A stretch of DNA of 64,000 nt from NCBI GenBank assembly GCA_038212275.1, contig JBBQUR010000012.1, forward strand, positions 93,115 through 157,114. Direction: 5' to 3'. The notes under the pieces are model-generated. The model was not told where the DNA came from. It saw nothing but the letters and a program-made list of their open reading frames with translations, and did no database searches. Source of the DNA: Planctomycetota bacterium. Lineage in GTDB: Bacteria > Planctomycetota > B15-G4. Positions 27,842 to 37,179 of the stretch are shown here, piece after piece (positions within the stretch are counted from its first letter, which is position 1; each line of letters opens with the position of its first letter). Both the position numbers and the translations under genes were made by a program.

Positions 27842-28609
27842 TTGAAGCGTCTCGATCCGTCAACGCTGGGCAAGGCGGACGTGCTGCTCGTTGCTCCCCA
27901 TCAGGATGACGAAGCACTCGGATGCGGCGGAACGGCTCACCTGCTGGTCCGCGCAGGTGCGCGAGTGCAGATCGTCATCGCCGCAAGTGGCGAAGGCGGA
28001 ATTGTCGGCGGCGTGTCGGCGGCGCAGCGTGAGGATGAGTCTCGTCGATGCTGCATGGTCCTTGGAACATTGCCACCGCTCTTCCTGCGCCAGCCGTCCG
28101 CAAGCTTGCGCGCAGATCCGTGGCAGGCGGGGAAGCTGCTGGAAGCGCTTGTCGGTCGCGAGTGTTGCGACGTGATGCTGGTACCTTCGCCGCTGGAGCG
28201 CCACGAGACTCATCGGGCTACGCTCGTCGCTGCGGCGTGTGCCGGTGTCGCCCGGCGCGACGGCCGCTGGTACGGGTACGGTGTCTGGGATGCCATACCG
28301 GCGTGGCCCGGCGTCATGGAAGTCGATATCACCTCGGCTCGAAGCGCCAAGACACAGGCCATTGCTGCGCATCACAGTCAGGTCTCCGGACGTGCGTTGG
28401 CAGCCGCCATGGCGGCTCGCGACATGGAACAGGCAGTCTTCGCCCGGATCACGGGGATCGAGGAACGCAGGGCCGTGGAGCGGCTCATGGAACTGCCGCT
28501 GCTGGCCGGTGGAGCAGCGCGCGACGTTCACGAGGCTCGGGCTCGCATCGCAGCCGGCCTCTCGGCCAATCTGGGTCTCTGGGCCGAATCGCTCTGGCCA
28601 TCCGCGTGA
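27842..28609 (+). CDS. PIG-L/LmbE-family N-acetylglucosaminyl deacetylase
   Basis: LLVAPHQDDEALGCGGT matches the LmbE-type motif (reference form xHPDDExxGxGGT, as I recall it); apparent TTG start at 27842 (start uncertain). Confidence 0.7.
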   Translation: MKRLDPSTLGKADVLLVAPHQDDEALGCGGTAHLLVRAGARVQIVIAASGEGGIVGGVSAAQREDESRRCCMVLGTLPPLFLRQPSASLRADPWQAGKLLEALVGRECCDVMLVPSPLERHETHRATLVAAACAGVARRDGRWYGYGVWDAIPAWPGVMEVDITSARSAKTQAIAAHHSQVSGRALAAAMAARDMEQAVFARITGIEERRAVERLMELPLLAGGAARDVHEARARIAAGLSANLGLWAESLWPSA

Positions 28610-28634
28610 GGAGCTCGTCCTCCGGCGGAATGGC

Positions 28635-29621
28635 TCAGCCGGATTCACCCGCCCGAGCCTGCTGATTGCGCTGTCCCGTGGCCCAGACCGCAAGCAGCAC
28701 GATCATCAACATGCCGACGAGAACGGGCGGGGAAAGCAGCGAAGCGAACAGACCTGTCCAGCCGACGGCCGCATCGGCTGCGCCGAGGGAATAGGCCGGC
28801 TGCGCATAAGATGCCAGGTCTGCGACTCGATCGATGAGCAGGGCGATGCGTCCGAGCACCGTGAATCCGAACATGCTGCCGAACGTGAGCATGAGCACGA
28901 CGATGCCAAGCCGCGACATGCCACCGAGCAACCTGTTGCGCCGGTAAGTGAAAATGAAGTGTGACAGCACGCAGATCAGGCCGACGAGGAAGACAAGGTT
29001 GGAGAGCAGCGAGAAGCCGATGCTGTTCTCGAATCGCACGCCATCGGTCCATGGAACCGCAGACGGCGATATCAGCGGGACCATGGTCTCCTTGATCTGG
29101 ATCACGAGCTTGCTCTGCGTCTCACCGGTCATCTTGATGGCGGCGTAGATCCCCACCATTGCGGCCAGCGGCCAGCGCGGAGCCCATGAGTCTCTGGAAA
29201 ACAGCCGTACGAGCAGCATCACCGAGAAGAGCAGCGCCACGCAGCGCAACGCGATGGCCAGGCCGGGCTGTACCTGAAAGCCTCCGAGGTCCACAAGCTG
29301 CAGGCCCGTGACGGCATCGGCGCCGGCGAGGAGCTGTTCGTTGGCCGCGAGCTTGTCGTGCGCCTGAATGATGTACTCGCGTACCGGGCCGAGGATCCCC
29401 GTCTCGTAATTCTCGAGCGTGTACCAGGCTGCACCGACGCCGACGAACAGGTGTTCAGCCAGCTTGTAAAACGGGTTGTCGCGATACAGGAAGCTGAACA
29501 CAGCAAGTGTGAGAAAGCACACGATCCAACCGCCGAGGATGTCCGGAGTGGCAGCAGTATCCAGTGAAAACCACGCTGGCGCGGTGGCTCCAGCGGAAGT
29601 CTGAAGCAGCAATGGAATCAC
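28635..29621 (-). CDS. polytopic membrane protein (cluster gene A), unknown function
   Basis: GTG start (aa27 of ORF 28635..29699) overlaps stop of gene B as GTGA; multiple hydrophobic helices. Confidence 0.55.
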   Translation of the reverse strand: MIPLLLQTSAGATAPAWFSLDTAATPDILGGWIVCFLTLAVFSFLYRDNPFYKLAEHLFVGVGAAWYTLENYETGILGPVREYIIQAHDKLAANEQLLAGADAVTGLQLVDLGGFQVQPGLAIALRCVALLFSVMLLVRLFSRDSWAPRWPLAAMVGIYAAIKMTGETQSKLVIQIKETMVPLISPSAVPWTDGVRFENSIGFSLLSNLVFLVGLICVLSHFIFTYRRNRLLGGMSRLGIVVLMLTFGSMFGFTVLGRIALLIDRVADLASYAQPAYSLGAADAAVGWTGLFASLLSPPVLVGMLMIVLLAVWATGQRNQQARAGESG

Positions 29622-30463
29622 CGGGTGGCCCTCCGCCTTCCGAGGAAGTACGCGACGTTTCCGAAGGCGATCAGTCCGATGATCAGCAGGTGTGACCATG
29701 ACTGGACCAGCATGCGCCGCTGATCCTCATCACGTTCTTCGTGCACGGCTTCAGTGGCTTCTCCGACGAGTTGCAGATACTGGGTGGCGCCGGTGAATGC
29801 ACCGAGGAATCCCTTGAGCTGGTTCGGGTAGTACGCAAAGAGCGCCGTCGTTTGAACCGCGGTCGTGCCACAGATCACCGGCACCTGGTACCGACCTCCG
29901 ACCTGTGCAATCCATTCGAGGATGCCGGGATATCCGGCAGAGGCCGAGACGAGCAGCGAGATGCCGCGAAAGCTGTCGCTCACATCCGCCAGGAGGGGAA
30001 TGTCCCGCAATGGTGAATGGTTGCGATCATCGGTGGAGTACGTGGACTTGAGCGACTGTCCGATGAGCCCCATGGCCACATCGTCGCCGGGCGTGTATCC
30101 GAGCTCCACCCAGTCGACTCCGTAGACCTTTCCGTACTGGGGTGCTATCTCGCTGAAGTACTTCTGAGTGAACGGCGGCGCTGCCGGCCAGGTTGCCACG
30201 TTGATGACACGCAGGTTGTGGCGCAGGAGATGGTGAATCGTCGCGATGTACATCGGCTCGATTTCGGCAGCGCTGGCCGGATCAAAGTCGGCGGAGAGCA
30301 TCACGATCGAGCCCTCGGGAAGGCTCTCGATTTCGTCGAAGTAGCTCTGGACATACTCGCTGACCGGGATCGTCTCGGTCTCACCGAGCGCGTACATCAC
30401 CACCACGACCAGACCCATGGCCAGGAAGATCCAGCGCCTGTCGATATCGAGCGGACTGGCCAT
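29618..30463 (-). CDS. membrane protein with N- and C-terminal TM helices and large intervening domain (cluster gene B)
   Basis: MASPLDIDRRWIFLAMGLVVVVMYAL ... HLLIIGLIAFGNVAYFLG; 3-nt gap to gene C stop. Confidence 0.55.
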   Translation of the reverse strand: MASPLDIDRRWIFLAMGLVVVVMYALGETETIPVSEYVQSYFDEIESLPEGSIVMLSADFDPASAAEIEPMYIATIHHLLRHNLRVINVATWPAAPPFTQKYFSEIAPQYGKVYGVDWVELGYTPGDDVAMGLIGQSLKSTYSTDDRNHSPLRDIPLLADVSDSFRGISLLVSASAGYPGILEWIAQVGGRYQVPVICGTTAVQTTALFAYYPNQLKGFLGAFTGATQYLQLVGEATEAVHEERDEDQRRMLVQSWSHLLIIGLIAFGNVAYFLGRRRATR

Positions 30464-30466
30464 GGA

Positions 30467-31297
30467 TTACTCCGACAGGTAACTGCGCTCGATGCCGAGC
30501 ACGATGCGCAGCCCGGTCGCGAGTCCACCGAGCGTGGCGCCGATGATGATCGCGCGCAGGCCCGCCTTGGTGACGTAGGTCATGAGAAAGGCCTGCGCGC
30601 GGCTGGCGTAGCCGCCAGTAAGTTCGTCGCCGATGGGGACTTGTCCGAGCATCACGATGCAGCCGGCGACCAGCAGGAGCGTGGCTTCGATCGACCGGGC
30701 GCGGAAGGCACGAAATGCCGCGGAGGCCACGTAGAACGCGAGCAGGCTGAACATCGTGGATTGCAGCGGGACGAAGAACTTGTTGTAGATCCAGAGCTTG
30801 AAGGTCGGCTCCGTGTCATTCGCGATCTCGGTGAGAAGGAAGGCCCTCGGTTCGAGCCCGGCGCCCGTGCGATATGTGGCGGTGACTTGCGTGCGCTCGA
30901 CCAGATACCCCTCGACCGAGCTGCCGTCGACGAAGGTGATCGTTCGTGCGGGCACCAGCAGCCGCAGCACGGAGGGAGGCAAGTCCTTGACATGGATCTC
31001 GGCAAGGCCGATCACGAGAAAGGCCGTCATGGAGACGAGCAGCACCGCCTTGTAGGCCCAGTCCTCATGCCGTGTCGCGATCTGCTTCAGGTTGATCCGG
31101 AAGAGGTTCGCGATTCCGAGAATGAACGCCACCGCGAACAGGATCTTTGCCCACTCGAGCAGTTCCGCGTTGACGGCCTGCCAGGGGGATGCCGGAACGG
31201 GGGGGATGGCAGTCGGATTCGAGGTCGGTGCGAAGAACGAGATCGTGATGAGCAGGCCGCACAGGACGGTGAGAAAAATGGGGATCTCGCGCTTCAC
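30467..31297 (-). CDS. polytopic membrane protein (cluster gene C)
   Basis: MKREIPIFLTVLCGLLITISFFAP plus several further hydrophobic segments. Confidence 0.55.
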   Translation of the reverse strand: MKREIPIFLTVLCGLLITISFFAPTSNPTAIPPVPASPWQAVNAELLEWAKILFAVAFILGIANLFRINLKQIATRHEDWAYKAVLLVSMTAFLVIGLAEIHVKDLPPSVLRLLVPARTITFVDGSSVEGYLVERTQVTATYRTGAGLEPRAFLLTEIANDTEPTFKLWIYNKFFVPLQSTMFSLLAFYVASAAFRAFRARSIEATLLLVAGCIVMLGQVPIGDELTGGYASRAQAFLMTYVTKAGLRAIIIGATLGGLATGLRIVLGIERSYLSE

Positions 31298-31303
31298 CGC
31301 AGG

Positions 31304-32203
31304 TCAGCCGAACAGTCGTTGGTAGAGCGCGAACAACTCCGCAGCCGTGCCGGGGTGGCTGCTGTCGCTGATGGTGGCCGCGTCCATTGCCGCGACGGTG
31401 GCGAGCCACACGCCGACGATGAAGAGTGCAGCGGCGAGCACCTTCGTGATGTCGCTCGCTCGAATCGTGCCTACGAGTCCCGGCTCGCGCGTCAGGTACG
31501 CGGTGACGGCGAAGTACTCCTCTCCCATGATCGTGTAGTCGCACGCGGCGACGAAGAACGGCAGCTGCTCGTACCGCGCCGTGCCTGCCAGCTGGATCGC
31601 GCCCGTGCCGTAGCCCGTCTCGGCGAGGATGAGCGACTCCGCGAAGAACATGCCCATCATCACGTTGGCCGCCGGCTTTTCGCGATTCATGATGCCCGCG
31701 ATGCCGGCGCAATACGCGAACTGCTCGTCGGAGAGGTAGCGCACGTTGTCCGGAATGAACGCGTCAGGGCGCCCTGCGTCGGCGCAGCCCTGCTTGACCG
31801 CCTCTTCCGCGAACGCGAGCACGACCGAGTTCTTGACCGGCACGATGATGGGTGTCCCGAACTCCGCCGCCTTGCGTGCGACGTGCCTCAGAATCATCAT
31901 CGAATAGATCGTCTGGATCTCCTTGATCTCGTCCGTGCCCGGCACGTACAGCACCGGCCTGCCCATCTCGGTGGCGCGACCGATGGCCTCGTCCAGCGCG
32001 TCGAGTCCGTTGATGCGCCGGATCTCGATCTTCTCGCCGCGGCGCGCGCGCCGTTGCTGGAAGAACATGATCGCGCCGAACGCCAGGATGGCCACGAGCG
32101 TCGGCAGCTTGTTGGTGGCGACCCAGGGGCCGAGGTCAAGCGCCCGCTCGTTGAGCCAGCGAGTGATTGCTTCGACCCATGTCGCGCCGGAAGAAACATC
32201 CAT
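31304..32203 (-). CDS. membrane-anchored protein with cytoplasmic domain (cluster gene D)
   Basis: One N-terminal and one C-terminal hydrophobic helix; start codon shares 1 nt with gene E stop. Confidence 0.55.
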   Translation of the reverse strand: MDVSSGATWVEAITRWLNERALDLGPWVATNKLPTLVAILAFGAIMFFQQRRARRGEKIEIRRINGLDALDEAIGRATEMGRPVLYVPGTDEIKEIQTIYSMMILRHVARKAAEFGTPIIVPVKNSVVLAFAEEAVKQGCADAGRPDAFIPDNVRYLSDEQFAYCAGIAGIMNREKPAANVMMGMFFAESLILAETGYGTGAIQLAGTARYEQLPFFVAACDYTIMGEEYFAVTAYLTREPGLVGTIRASDITKVLAAALFIVGVWLATVAAMDAATISDSSHPGTAAELFALYQRLFG

Positions 32204-33327
32204 CAGACGCGCTCGTCCACGAGTTCGACATTGGCGCGCGGGAGCGTGACCAGCTGTCCGCCCGGCAGCGTCACCGTGAGAATACGCACCTCGGCTTCGG
32301 TGTCCAGCTTGGCCGGCTCGGGTGGCAGGGCGGACACTTTGCCGATGGCGCCGAAATGCGGATCGCGAATGATGCGCACGACGCTCTGCAGCGCCAGGTT
32401 GCCGGTATCGACGGCAGTGACTTCGATGTGGCCAATGTCGGCGGGAATCAGCACTTCCGGGCGCAGCACCCCCGCGCGGATCTGCGTGGCGCCGCTCACG
32501 GAGGCAATGCGGCCTTCATTCGTCGAGAGCAGTCGATGCGTACGCGGCGACATGGCAAGCGGCCCGAATCCCTCGGTGACGACGACCGTCAGGCCGACGG
32601 TCTCCTGGCCGGTGATCGCAACGCCAAGGTCGAAGCCGAGCAGTCCCTTGAGGTCGGCCGCGTCGATCCCGCCGGTGATGAGCGCCGCGGCGCCGACTTC
32701 GATACAGCGGCGCAGGACGGCGAGATCCGCGAGTGCACCACCGATGAGCACCATGCCGCGATGCTCGGCCACGATGTCGTCGGGCTGAATCGGACGAGTC
32801 GGGTCGGTGCAGGCCACCTTGACCTGCCCATGCACCTCCGGGCCGATGCCGAAGATTCCCTGCACCATGGTGCCGCGCGCCGTCACTTCCACGCCGAATC
32901 CCTGCGTGACGCGGCTGATCCTGCCCGCGACGTAGGCTCTCACGTCGACAGGGACCGGCGCCTCGCGAAAGAGTGCCTGTCCGGACACCTTGCTCACGGA
33001 CTCGAGCACTCCGGCGGCAGGTGCGAAGGCGGTCTGTTTCATCAGGCCGAAGATGCCCTTGCTTCGTGCCACCGGCTGCTCTTTCGTCACCGTGCTGCCC
33101 TCCTTGACGAGGAGCAGCTCCGGGACGTCAGCGGGCACAACGCCGAGCGTGCGTGAGAGCGCCAGGCTGACGACGTGACCAGGCAGCAGCGCGCGAGCCA
33201 CCACGGTCTGTGGCTCTACCTGGTCCCCGACGCTTACCAGCACGTCGCCACGGATCGGCAGCAGGCGCGAGCGCACGTACTCCGCCGCAGCCGAAACCTT
33301 CAGTCTGGGAGTGTAGGCGTGGCCCAT
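32203..33327 (-). CDS. soluble protein with barrel-sandwich-hybrid-like N-terminal segment (cluster gene E)
   Basis: LLPIRGDVLVSVGDQVEPQTVVARAL resembles biotinyl/lipoyl-type hybrid motif; no further family recognised. Confidence 0.5.
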   Translation of the reverse strand: MGHAYTPRLKVSAAAEYVRSRLLPIRGDVLVSVGDQVEPQTVVARALLPGHVVSLALSRTLGVVPADVPELLLVKEGSTVTKEQPVARSKGIFGLMKQTAFAPAAGVLESVSKVSGQALFREAPVPVDVRAYVAGRISRVTQGFGVEVTARGTMVQGIFGIGPEVHGQVKVACTDPTRPIQPDDIVAEHRGMVLIGGALADLAVLRRCIEVGAAALITGGIDAADLKGLLGFDLGVAITGQETVGLTVVVTEGFGPLAMSPRTHRLLSTNEGRIASVSGATQIRAGVLRPEVLIPADIGHIEVTAVDTGNLALQSVVRIIRDPHFGAIGKVSALPPEPAKLDTEAEVRILTVTLPGGQLVTLPRANVELVDERV

Positions 33328-33339
33328 GAGTGCTCCTCT

Positions 33340-35304
33340 TCAGGCGTCCGACGTGGCGCGTGGCGGCACGTGCGGGGCCACTGCCGTGAGTGAGGTCGCG
33401 GACGCCTGGCGTGCTCCCGGGTACAGGTCCAGGGCATCGATCCAGGCGTCGATGGCCGCGACGCGTGCCGCTGCGGCTTGCGGCATGATGAGCGGGCGCC
33501 CGCGTCCGTCGAGGAGCAGGCCGACCTCTCCGCCCTCCAACTCCGTGTCGAGCGGCACGCCGGGACCCGCTCCCACGTCGATGCCGCGTGCGGGTTCAAT
33601 GCGGCACGCGACCCGGACGCCGCCCGCCAGCGGGATCCGCCCCAGCGTGCCCGCACCGATCGACAGGACTCGCCGGCCCTCAGGGAAGTCGATGGAGAGA
33701 CTCGCGAGCGGCCTTCCTCCCCTGGTCGTGCCGACCGGCGCGACGCACGTGCCGAGCATGATGAGGCAGTCGCGCTCGAAGACTGCGGTAGCCGCCTCGG
33801 GGTGCACGGTGGAGAGCACACCGAGCTGCGGCATCATGAAAATGCTGTCCACCGCAAGGCGCGTGACGCCAGCCGGTTCGAAAGAGTCCATGAGCATGAG
33901 AGCTGCCTGCACGCGACGCGGGGCGTGGCTCAGGACGCCGCCGCTGCCCACGAGCAGGTCCAGTCTCAGCATGTCGACGAGCGTGCTGCCGGAACCCTTC
34001 TGCGAGAAGGCCTCGGAGATGTCACGCGACTGGCGCAGGCCCTTCAACTCGGTCGCGAATTCCTTGTGCTGGATGAGCGACAACCGAAGCGCCTCGCGCG
34101 CGAGGGCCTGCTCGACCTGCAGATCGCGCAGCATCGACGGAATCGTGGTGGGGCGCACCATCTTGTTCTTGATGCGGTTGCGCAGCTCGCTCTCGTCGAT
34201 GTCGAACGGGACCCAGCGCAGCACGTTCTCGAGCCCGGTCTGGGCGAGCACGTTGCTGATCGAGTAGCTCATTCCGTAGTTGGCGGAGACTGTGCGGTTG
34301 AAGACGCCGTGGAAGACGGAAAACACGTCCGTAGTGGCTCCGCCGATGTCGACGCCCAGGACCGAAATGCCGCGCTGTCTTGCGATGGTCTGAATGATGA
34401 GGCCCACGGCGCCGGGCGTCGGCATGACGGGCGCCGAGGTCCAGGTCAGGAGCTTGTCGTAGCCGGGTGCCTGGGCCATGACGTGTTCCATGAACAGATC
34501 GTGGATCCGGTCGCGCGCCGGCGCGAGGTTTTCGTGCTCGAGCGTCGGTCGCAGGTTGTCCACTACCGACAATTCGGTCTTGGCGTCGAGCGCATCGCGC
34601 ACCGCCTGCACGGCATCCCTGTTCCCGGCATAGACCACCGGCAGGCGGTAGCTGGCGCCAAGGCGCGGTTTGGGATCGGCCGCGCCGATGAGCTCGGCCA
34701 ACTCCGCGACGTGGCTCACGGTGCCGCCGTCCACGCCGCCCGAGAGCAGGATCATGTCGGGACGAAGGTGGCGGATGCGCGCGATCTTCTCGTGCGGCTT
34801 GCGCGGGTCGTTGCTGCACAGCACGTCCATCACGATGGCGCCGGCGCCGAGAGCAGCCCGCTCGGCGGACTCGGCGGTCATCGTGCGCACCACGCCGGCG
34901 ACGAGCATCTGCAGGCCGCCGCCGGCGCTGCTCGTGGAGAGGTAGAGGTCCACGCCCTCGTCGCCGCGGCGAGGCGTGATGATGCGGCCGTCATCACCGA
35001 CCAGGCGTCGCCCGCAGAGTTCCTGAATCTCGGTCACGGCGTTGATGACCCCGACGGTGACGTCGTCGAAGGGCGTCTCGACGGTGGTGGGGGCTTCGCC
35101 GCGCACGGCCAGCCGGTAGCCCTCCGGCATCAATTCGATGAGGATCGCCTTCGTGGTGGTGCTGCCGCAGTCGGTCGCGAGGATCGACCGTATCGGTCCT
35201 CCATCCGCTGAACTCGGCTGCGCGACGCGCGGCACGGCGTCGGCCGTGGAGGCGGCGGCATGCGGGGCCGCGTGCCCTCCGGCGGAGACTTTCCCGCGAC
35301 TCAC
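33340..35304 (-). CDS. ASKHA/actin-fold ATPase, GlmL/MutL (EutA-like) family, with long C-terminal extension (cluster gene F)
   Basis: Phosphate-1 ILATDCGSTTTKAILI and phosphate-2 LGVDIGGATTDVF motifs; GTG at 35304 placed 1 nt after the stop of gene G (start uncertain). Confidence 0.65.
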   Translation of the reverse strand: MSRGKVSAGGHAAPHAAASTADAVPRVAQPSSADGGPIRSILATDCGSTTTKAILIELMPEGYRLAVRGEAPTTVETPFDDVTVGVINAVTEIQELCGRRLVGDDGRIITPRRGDEGVDLYLSTSSAGGGLQMLVAGVVRTMTAESAERAALGAGAIVMDVLCSNDPRKPHEKIARIRHLRPDMILLSGGVDGGTVSHVAELAELIGAADPKPRLGASYRLPVVYAGNRDAVQAVRDALDAKTELSVVDNLRPTLEHENLAPARDRIHDLFMEHVMAQAPGYDKLLTWTSAPVMPTPGAVGLIIQTIARQRGISVLGVDIGGATTDVFSVFHGVFNRTVSANYGMSYSISNVLAQTGLENVLRWVPFDIDESELRNRIKNKMVRPTTIPSMLRDLQVEQALAREALRLSLIQHKEFATELKGLRQSRDISEAFSQKGSGSTLVDMLRLDLLVGSGGVLSHAPRRVQAALMLMDSFEPAGVTRLAVDSIFMMPQLGVLSTVHPEAATAVFERDCLIMLGTCVAPVGTTRGGRPLASLSIDFPEGRRVLSIGAGTLGRIPLAGGVRVACRIEPARGIDVGAGPGVPLDTELEGGEVGLLLDGRGRPLIMPQAAAARVAAIDAWIDALDLYPGARQASATSLTAVAPHVPPRATSDA

Positions 35305-35305
35305 G

Positions 35306-35602
35306 TCAGTTCTCCTGATGAGTTTTCCGGCGCCGGTGTTCACCCTCGGCCTCATCGATGATGCGGATGAACTCGGGAATGGCCTCGCGACGTTCGAGCA
35401 GCCGCGCCAGTTCGTCGATTCGCGTCGCCGGAATCCCGGCGCGCCAGACAGGGGACACCACGTGCAGCATCGAGGCCGTGACGAGGTTCATGGGAGACAC
35501 CGTTTCAAGCAGCATCATGGCCGGGACCGCAAGCCTCCTCGCGACGATCGAACGGGCGGCCTCCTCCATGAGGGTCCTCTCCCGTTCCGAAAACTGACTC
35601 AT
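35306..35602 (-). CDS. small soluble protein (98 aa) (cluster gene G)
   Basis: MSQFSERERTLMEEAARSIVARRL...; ATG overlaps stop of gene H (ATGA); coding-like GC3. Confidence 0.45.
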   Translation of the reverse strand: MSQFSERERTLMEEAARSIVARRLAVPAMMLLETVSPMNLVTASMLHVVSPVWRAGIPATRIDELARLLERREAIPEFIRIIDEAEGEHRRRKTHQEN

Positions 35603-36057
35603 GCGACCCGTCGGTTCCGGATGTAAGTCGACACCTGCGCGGCGAGTTCGCTCCGTTGGTCGGTGCGCAGAAAGAGGCCCCGATCCCTGACCCAGCGCGA
35701 GGGCCGGTGCAGCGGCGACAGGTGCACGCCGTGGCGTTCCTGCGTGACGGCCCGAAGCTCGGTCCAGGCCAGCCGGCGCGGAGCCTGCAGAGGGCCATGC
35801 TCCATGGCACCCATGGCATCGAGCTCGTAGGTGCGCGGCAGGAACCAGGCTCGCAGGCTGCCGAACAGCAGCAGGGCGGCCAGGCTGGCGCTGCCGACCG
35901 AACCCGACACCGAGTAGACCAGGACGGAGGCCAGTCCCAAGGTTGCCAGGATCGCGAGCGTGCGCAGCGGCTGTGCTGCAGCCGGATGCACGGTCCAGCG
36001 CAGTGCGGCCTCTGCCCCGGTGGCGGGCTCGGTGGTGGTCTCGAAGGGTGCCAGCAT
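35599..36057 (-). CDS. membrane protein with TM hairpin and PH-like domain (cluster gene H, first gene)
   Basis: RTLAILATLGLASVLVYSVSGSVGSASLAALLLFGSL then globular C-terminus; 60-bp divergent spacer to GT2 gene. Confidence 0.5.
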   Translation of the reverse strand: MLAPFETTTEPATGAEAALRWTVHPAAAQPLRTLAILATLGLASVLVYSVSGSVGSASLAALLLFGSLRAWFLPRTYELDAMGAMEHGPLQAPRRLAWTELRAVTQERHGVHLSPLHRPSRWVRDRGLFLRTDQRSELAAQVSTYIRNRRVA

Positions 36058-36117
36058 GCGGTTCGCATCCTAACCGCGCGGCTTGCATGGGCGCGACCTG
36101 CGCCCGATCATGGGCGA

Positions 36118-36891
36118 GTGCCGCTCTCGGTCTGCATCATCACGCTGGACGAGCACGAGAATCTGCCGCGCTGTCTCGCAAGCGTGGCAGGGCTTGCCAC
36201 TCAGCTCGTGGTGGTGGACAGCCATTCGAGCGATGACACGCAACGGATCGCGCGCGAAGCCGGAGCGACCGTCATCGAGCGTGACTTCAAGGGGCACGTG
36301 GACCAGAAGTCCTTCGCGCTCGCGCAGGCCAGCGAGGACTGGGTGCTCTGCCTCGATGCGGACGAGTGGCTGGACGACACGCTGCGTGCCGAGGTGCAAC
36401 GCCTCATCCGAGGCGAACTGAAGGACGTCGCGGACGGATATCAGCTCAACCGGCGCACCGAGTACCTGGGGGCCTGGATCGACCACTGCGGGTGGTCACC
36501 CGAGTGGAGGCTTCGACTCGTTCGCCGCGGGACCGCCGCCTGGGTTGGCGACGACCCGCACGATCGCCTGGAGGGGCGGGGGCCTGTCGGCAGGCTCGCC
36601 GGGCGACTCTGCCACAGACCCTACCGGAGCCTTGGCGAGCACCTTGCCAAGGTCAACCGGTACACGGACACCATGGCCGCCGCCCGTCACGCCGCGGGCG
36701 AACGCTGCTCGATCGCCCGGCTGCTCCTCCGGCCGGCAGGCCGTTTCGGGCGCATGTACGTCCTGCAGGCCGGCTTCGTGGATGGCTGGCGCGGCCTGGT
36801 CGTGTGCGCGATGGGGTCGTTCTACGTGTTTCTCAAGTACGCGAAGCTCCGCGCACTCTCCGACGCCGGCGCGCCGCCGCCTGCGCGCTGA
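36118..36891 (+). CDS. family-2 glycosyltransferase
   Basis: VPLSVCIITLDEHENLPRCLASV ... VVDSHSSDDT ... CLDADEW (DxD) typical GT2; GTG start at 36118. Confidence 0.75.
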   Translation: MPLSVCIITLDEHENLPRCLASVAGLATQLVVVDSHSSDDTQRIAREAGATVIERDFKGHVDQKSFALAQASEDWVLCLDADEWLDDTLRAEVQRLIRGELKDVADGYQLNRRTEYLGAWIDHCGWSPEWRLRLVRRGTAAWVGDDPHDRLEGRGPVGRLAGRLCHRPYRSLGEHLAKVNRYTDTMAAARHAAGERCSIARLLLRPAGRFGRMYVLQAGFVDGWRGLVVCAMGSFYVFLKYAKLRALSDAGAPPPAR

Positions 36892-37179
36892 CTCGCGGCT
36901 CGAAACGTAGAGCGCAGGCGACCGTTCCGGAACGCCTCGTCGGGGGCGAGAGTCAGCGAGACTTCGTGCCGCCGGGCCAACGGCAGGATTCCGCGCCTTC
37001 GGTCCGTACCGGATTTGCCCTCTCCGGAATCCGGGCCTCTCCCCCGCAGCCTCATTCGCGGGGTACACTTCCCGGCTCACTTGACCTCATCAAGAGATCT
37101 GGTCGATAGACGCTGCCGACGCCCTACCCGATTCATGTCGCTGCGCCAGACCGGGTCCTTACCTCTGGAGTTTCCTTCC

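Noticed and set aside
30017-32788. 923-aa plus ORF across cluster genes B-E
   Set aside because: Antisense to four well-behaved minus-strand genes with TM helices and coupling. Composition R/D/H-rich.
33478-35211. 577-aa plus ORF opposite the GlmL-like gene
   Set aside because: Antisense to the gene with ASKHA motifs. No motifs of its own.
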